From an uncultured Dehalococcoidales bacterium (GTDB lineage Bacteria; Chloroflexota; Dehalococcoidia; GIF9; UBA5629): DNA of 64,000 bases. Below the pieces are notes generated by a model that did not search any database, was not told where the DNA came from, and saw only the letters and a list, made by a program, of their open reading frames with translations. A program made the translations under genes and the position numbers. This document shows, one piece after another, positions 62,008 to 64,000 of the stretch. Location: NCBI GenBank assembly GCA_964548415.1, contig CAZJQG010000001.1:13680-77679 (forward strand), read 5' to 3'. Every line of letters begins with the position of its first letter. Position 1 is the first letter of the stretch.

Positions 62008-62081
62008 CGACCCCGATGGGATTCGAACCCACGATCTCCACCGTGACAGGGTGGCATGTTAGTCCGCTACACCACGGGGCC
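62008..62081 (-). tRNA. tRNA-Asp (anticodon GUC), CCA not encoded
   Basis: Manual cloverleaf on the minus strand: acceptor GGCCCCG/CGGGGUC. Anticodon stem CCACC/GGUGG. Loop CUGUCAC. T arm GUGGG-UUCGAAU-CCCAU. Followed by U7. Confidence 0.85.
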
Positions 62082-62247
62082 GCGCTGGAAAGATCCAACC
62101 TCAAGAGTCTATCAATACGACGAATGTGATGTCAAGCCAGCAGGCACAGAAATAATCCTCGTTCAACAGCTCGTTCTATAAATTATTATTTGATTTTTCC
62201 ATCCGGGAACTATAAACTAGTTCTTCAAAATAATTTGGAGATAAAAT

Positions 62248-63870
62248 TTGGGGCGGTTTAGAATTCTACGATTACTAGCTATAGTGTTTTTTATTACTTT
62301 TTTATTTTTGTGGCCAGCTATTCCGGTCCACGCTTCCAACATCGCTATCACGCCCACATCCGGAGCAACCGCCTCCATTGTTCATATTAGTGGATACGGA
62401 TTTTCAGGACACGAGGCTACAATCTACTGGGACAGGCAGGCAACGCTTAATAATATTCCGATATCAGAAAGAGGGGAACTGAATTATGATTACCAGGTTC
62501 CTACAGACGCTAAGGGGGCACATACCATCAAGATTACCGATGACAGCAACTGGGACGCAGGCATAGCCACTGCAACGTTTACCATATTACCTGCCATATC
62601 GATATTCCCCACCATCGGCCGGCCCTACGCTTCAATTATAGTGACTGGTACAGGATTTGGTCGTCTTGAAAAAGACATTAAAATAACGATGGATAAGTCA
62701 GTATTACCAACTCCTATTAGCGCCAATTATATGGGTACCTGGAGCGCCAATATCGATGCTCCTGGTCCGAACAAGGGTGAACATTTTATTAGTGCCTTTA
62801 GTGCTTCTACTACTGCTGCCGAAGTAGGCGACCACAAATTCATTGCTGGGCCATTTGCCAGTATAAACCCAACATCCGGACCAGTTGGATCAGAAATATC
62901 TATAGATGGATGTGGTTTTCGTACCAGCGAGGATGGTATAACCATAACCTGGGACAATCAAATAATCTTCATGAACTTTATCGCCGGTTTCGACGGAATA
63001 TTACATACAACATTTACTGTTCCCGCCACTACTCAGGGGCATCATTTAGTAGGGCTTTTCGGCAGCGATTTTACGCCTAAGGGAGTTATCCCGGATATGT
63101 ACTTCAACGTCGTCCCGAATATAGAATTACAGCCTGCTTCAGGAAATAAGGGCACAAAAGTCACCGTTAACGGAACCGGGTTCGCTAAAGGCGAAACCAT
63201 TAATTTAAGTTTTGAGGGAAATAGCTTAAATATAGATGCCAGTACTGATGACCATGGTAGTTTTACCACTAACTTTCTTGCACCTCAAAGTGCGAATACA
63301 GAAAATAAGGTGAAGGCCCAGGGAACGACGGGAAGTTCATCTGAAGCAATCTTCGTTATTCAACGCGTCACGCCTCCAGCACCTACATTAGTATATCCTG
63401 AACCCGGGTCTACGGTCGCGGCTTTTAACTCCACAGGTGCGGTGTTTATAGGAGCGGCCAAACAGTTATTCCGTGTTCTGTCTTTCAGTAGTAATGGACG
63501 AGTGCCAATGGGGCTATCAGACGAAACTTTTCAATGGTCGAACGATAATAACAAGGGCAATAAGACATACTGTCTCCAGATCGCCAATAATGGCGACTTT
63601 TCATCGCCAATTCTATCAAAGGAAGGATTAACCAGCACCGAGTATACATTATCCGACGGCGAGGTATTAAGTATCGGTAAGCATAGCTGGCGAGTAAGGG
63701 CGGTCGATGAAATAGGCAATGAGGGTTCGTGGTCTGAGGCCAGGCAATTTACAGTGATATCTATGTCGGCTGGAATACTTATTATGTCGTTGACTATTCC
63801 TCTATTATTTATAGGGGTTGCTATAGCTGTGGGTATAGTAATCTGGAGACGGCACCAGGCCGGCACATAA
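62248..63870 (+). CDS. cell-surface protein with repeated Ig-like/beta-sandwich domains and a C-terminal TM anchor
   Basis: Signal peptide. Recurring domain motifs (GYGFSG, GTGFG, DGCGF, NGTGFAKGE). C-terminal hydrophobic helix plus RRHQAG. TTG start. Confidence 0.55.
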   Translation: MGRFRILRLLAIVFFITFLFLWPAIPVHASNIAITPTSGATASIVHISGYGFSGHEATIYWDRQATLNNIPISERGELNYDYQVPTDAKGAHTIKITDDSNWDAGIATATFTILPAISIFPTIGRPYASIIVTGTGFGRLEKDIKITMDKSVLPTPISANYMGTWSANIDAPGPNKGEHFISAFSASTTAAEVGDHKFIAGPFASINPTSGPVGSEISIDGCGFRTSEDGITITWDNQIIFMNFIAGFDGILHTTFTVPATTQGHHLVGLFGSDFTPKGVIPDMYFNVVPNIELQPASGNKGTKVTVNGTGFAKGETINLSFEGNSLNIDASTDDHGSFTTNFLAPQSANTENKVKAQGTTGSSSEAIFVIQRVTPPAPTLVYPEPGSTVAAFNSTGAVFIGAAKQLFRVLSFSSNGRVPMGLSDETFQWSNDNNKGNKTYCLQIANNGDFSSPILSKEGLTSTEYTLSDGEVLSIGKHSWRVRAVDEIGNEGSWSEARQFTVISMSAGILIMSLTIPLLFIGVAIAVGIVIWRRHQAGT

Positions 63871-64000
63871 TCCTACTTTTAAAAATATTTTATTTGTTTC
63901 AGAACAACACTATGTGATATATTGAATACTGGTTTTCGGTAACCGCTAGGGGTGCCCTGAAATAAACCAGGCTGAGACTCCGCCATTGCGGAGAACCGTC

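Overview
This 64 kb window reads as a gene-dense bacterial chromosomal segment with short intergenic gaps. Core content: a complete pyrimidine operon (PyrR attenuator, then pyrR-pyrB-pyrC-carB-pyrK, followed by a YjbQ-family gene and mntP), a hom-thrC-folE operon, a Ku / DNA ligase D end-joining locus, a two-component pair, Liv-type ABC transporter genes, three acyl-CoA ligases, a thiolase plus a fused HMGCS-like/DUF35 gene, tRNA-Pro(GGG) and tRNA-Asp(GUC).

The 5' end of the window carries type IV pilus-like genes (PilM/N-like, PilO-like, a prepilin with the GFTLIELL motif, and a prepilin peptidase translationally coupled to a ThiF-like E1 protein). These are split by an AT-rich accessory island at about 2.83-6.9 kb. 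The island holds an IS1-family transposase, a fused XRE-HTH/ImmA-IrrE metallopeptidase tightly coupled to an unknown upstream ORF, a small KGG-motif protein and a DUF3800 protein. It has its own well-formed promoters, a palindromic operator and homopolymeric C10 and A8G7 tracts. This island is my best candidate for an undescribed regulated toxin/defence-like module.

Second, many intergenic regions between 24.5 and 42.1 kb are packed with a modular, hairpin-forming dispersed repeat family (a 'gtcatcctgag...' module, a 'ggttcgacaagctcaccacgagcgg' module, TTTTGG-rich modules, 'aaggggga' hairpins). One copy is a nested insertion flanked by a duplicated 'gtcatcc'. Third, the 46.8-62 kb region is a divergent/convergent cluster of acyl-CoA ligase paralogs, Liv-like ABC transporter genes, a binding protein with an extra C-terminal domain that also occurs twice as a stand-alone copy, a thiolase and a fused HMGCS-like/DUF35 gene. 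One of the ligases carries a Lys-rich tandem-repeat N-terminal extension. All calls rest on motif recognition in the translated ORFs and on sequence patterns; no database search was possible.
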